This document shows positions 35,785 through 37,263 of a stretch of 37,263 bases of DNA, piece after piece. This stretch comes from Candidatus Eiseniibacteriota bacterium (GTDB lineage: Bacteria > Eisenbacteria > RBG-16-71-46 > SZUA-252): contig JBGPHU010000003.1 of the NCBI GenBank assembly GCA_041484545.1, positions 1 through 37,263 of the forward strand, read 5' to 3'. How positions within the stretch are numbered: position 1 is the stretch's first letter; each line of letters opens with the position of its first letter. The translations under genes and the position numbers were made by a program. The notes beneath the pieces were generated by a model. It made no database searches, was not told the DNA's origin, and worked only from the letters and a program-made list of their open reading frames with translations.

Positions 35785-36237
35785 CTACTTCCCCGCGGGC
35801 TGCTCGGCGGGTTTCTCCGCGGGTTTCTCGGCGGCTGCCTTGGGCTTTCCGCTCTCGTCCATCTTGAGCGACGCCAGCCATTCCGTGACGGTCTTCAGGT
35901 CGGAGGCGGGACCCAGGAATTTCTTCATATGCGTCTTTCCCTCCACGGTCTCCTTCTTCTGGAGCCACTTGGAGAACCAGGCCGCGTCATGCTCGAGACC
36001 GATTCCAGAGAGATCCGGCGGCTTTCTCTTCGCCTTGGCCGCGTCCGCTGCGGCATCTCCCGCCTCGCCGGCCTTCTTCTCGATACCGACCGCCTTGACC
36101 GAATGACACGTCGTGCAGCGGTTCTTGACGAATAGCTTCGCGCCCTTGGATGCCTCGGCCGCTCGGGCCAATGGGACCGTCGCGCACAAGCCGAGCGCGA
36201 CGACGGCCACGATGATCCACGCATTCACTCTGTCCAC
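35785..36237 (-). CDS. Exported monoheme c-type cytochrome
   Basis: Start trimmed to GTG 36237 with AGGAGGAGG RBS. Signal peptide, CTTCH, PPDLSGIG, candidate distal ligand in THMKK, and an AEKP-repeat tail. Confidence 0.88.
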   Translation of the reverse strand: MDRVNAWIIVAVVALGLCATVPLARAAEASKGAKLFVKNRCTTCHSVKAVGIEKKAGEAGDAAADAAKAKRKPPDLSGIGLEHDAAWFSKWLQKKETVEGKTHMKKFLGPASDLKTVTEWLASLKMDESGKPKAAAEKPAEKPAEQPAGK

Positions 36238-36274
36238 GATCCTCCTCCTTTGCCGGTTCCCTACGGGATACGAT

Positions 36275-37263
36275 TCACCGAATATCCTCACGTCTGTTTC
36301 TGTCCACCTGGCGGATCTTGAGTGCGAGACCCGTCAGGACAAGTATCACCAACACGAGCGATACCGCGAGACCCTTGCGGCGGACCTGAATCTCTTCCAG
36401 AGCCCGGTTTCCCGCGGCTTTGGCCTCCGCGGCGGCAACGCGCCCCTCGGCGGCGCGCTTCACGAGCCGAGGCGGATCGAAGGAATGGACCAGAGAGCGC
36501 GCCTCGATTGCCGCGGTCATGCCCTTGCTCTTCAGGTCGAACAAGGGACGGCTCACCTCCATCCCCGCGAGCTCCGCCTTTCGCAGCAGCGTCGCTCCGA
36601 GCCGTATCTCGCGGTCGAGCCCACTCAGGGTAGCGTACATCGTTTCGGAGGCGACGTCGCACGAATCTCCCGTCTTGTGACATTTCATGCAAGCCGCGCC
36701 TGGGATCGAGTGCACCGCCAGGCCGGGTCGATCGAAGATACGGAGATCCTGCACCCCTCCGGACCCCGCGGCAACCTCGAGCCGGAAGAGGATCGCGTCA
36801 CCGGCCTCGGCCGGCATCCCCGACAGCGGCTCGATGGCGAGCGTCGTCGAGAAGCGGGCGGGGGTTCCGGATTGGGCGGTGGACCGCGGCGTTGCGTCGG
36901 CGCCGGGACGCACGGTCGCGTCCAGGACCACCGGGGTCGTGCCCTTCGCGGAGACCTCGATCATGTGGCGGTAGCGGGGATCCGCCGCGTCGACATGAGG
37001 GCTCAGGATGTCCCTCCAAGTCGCCGTGACCTTCTGGCCCGGCGCCAGCTCCCCGACCTGGGCGGCGAAGGGATCCTTGCTCGTGATCGCGCCCGCCGTG
37101 ATCTCGGGCGCCGACCGCCCATGGAACAGCTCGGGCGTCGGGTGAAGGATCCGGTGGTTGCTGTGGCACACGATGCATTCGGGAACCTTCAACCGCTCGA
37201 AGAGCGCCTTCTTCATCGAATTCTGATAGAGGCCCGCCTCGCGCGCGTGGCACTGACCGCAGA
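36275..37263 (-). CDS. Membrane-anchored multiheme cytochrome c, C-terminal part; starts beyond the right edge
   Basis: The frame stays open past the listed ATG 37216 to the window edge, adding CGQCH. Visible heme motifs are CGQCH, CIVCH and CMKCH, followed by a C-terminal TM helix. Confidence 0.88.
   Translation of the reverse strand, partial: CGQCHAREAGLYQNSMKKALFERLKVPECIVCHSNHRILHPTPELFHGRSAPEITAGAITSKDPFAAQVGELAPGQKVTATWRDILSPHVDAADPRYRHMIEVSAKGTTPVVLDATVRPGADATPRSTAQSGTPARFSTTLAIEPLSGMPAEAGDAILFRLEVAAGSGGVQDLRIFDRPGLAVHSIPGAACMKCHKTGDSCDVASETMYATLSGLDREIRLGATLLRKAELAGMEVSRPLFDLKSKGMTAAIEARSLVHSFDPPRLVKRAAEGRVAAAEAKAAGNRALEEIQVRRKGLAVSLVLVILVLTGLALKIRQVDRNRREDIR

Overview
High-GC bacterial chromosomal window of mostly housekeeping and envelope genes. 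I saw no tRNA, rRNA, CRISPR array or mobile element. Left to right: (1) the 5' part of a PAS-PAS histidine kinase, missing from the ORF track, divergent from an atypical NarL/LuxR regulator with no phosphoacceptor Asp; (2) a lexA-imuB-dnaE2 mutagenesis cassette without imuA, whose sigma70 promoter spacer is filled by a TTCACC-N5-TTCACC direct repeat (candidate SOS box); (3) tandem-SRPBCC, MDR oxidoreductase, arsC, family-5 UDG, a DipZ-like thioredoxin and a secreted FlgD/T9SS-like-tail protein; (4) a ten-gene, translationally coupled heme operon (hemX-like, A, C, D, B, L, E, N, H, Y) in which hemH appears to start at CTG; (5) queE-queD; (6) a candidate sphingolipid module, with an FA2H/Scs7-type hydroxylase and an MlaEFD transporter converging on a coupled spt-cerS-cerR operon; (7) DUF1028, gltA, an NRDE/TANGO2 protein, an ICMT-like methyltransferase, a monoheme cytochrome c and a partial multiheme cytochrome c. 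The strongest candidate for a new system is the hydroxy-ceramide synthesis plus MCE transport cluster at 25193-31874. The FlgD-tail protein and gene style suggest an FCB-related lineage such as Ca. Eisenbacteria, but this is an unverified inference. All family calls come from motif recognition, not database searches.
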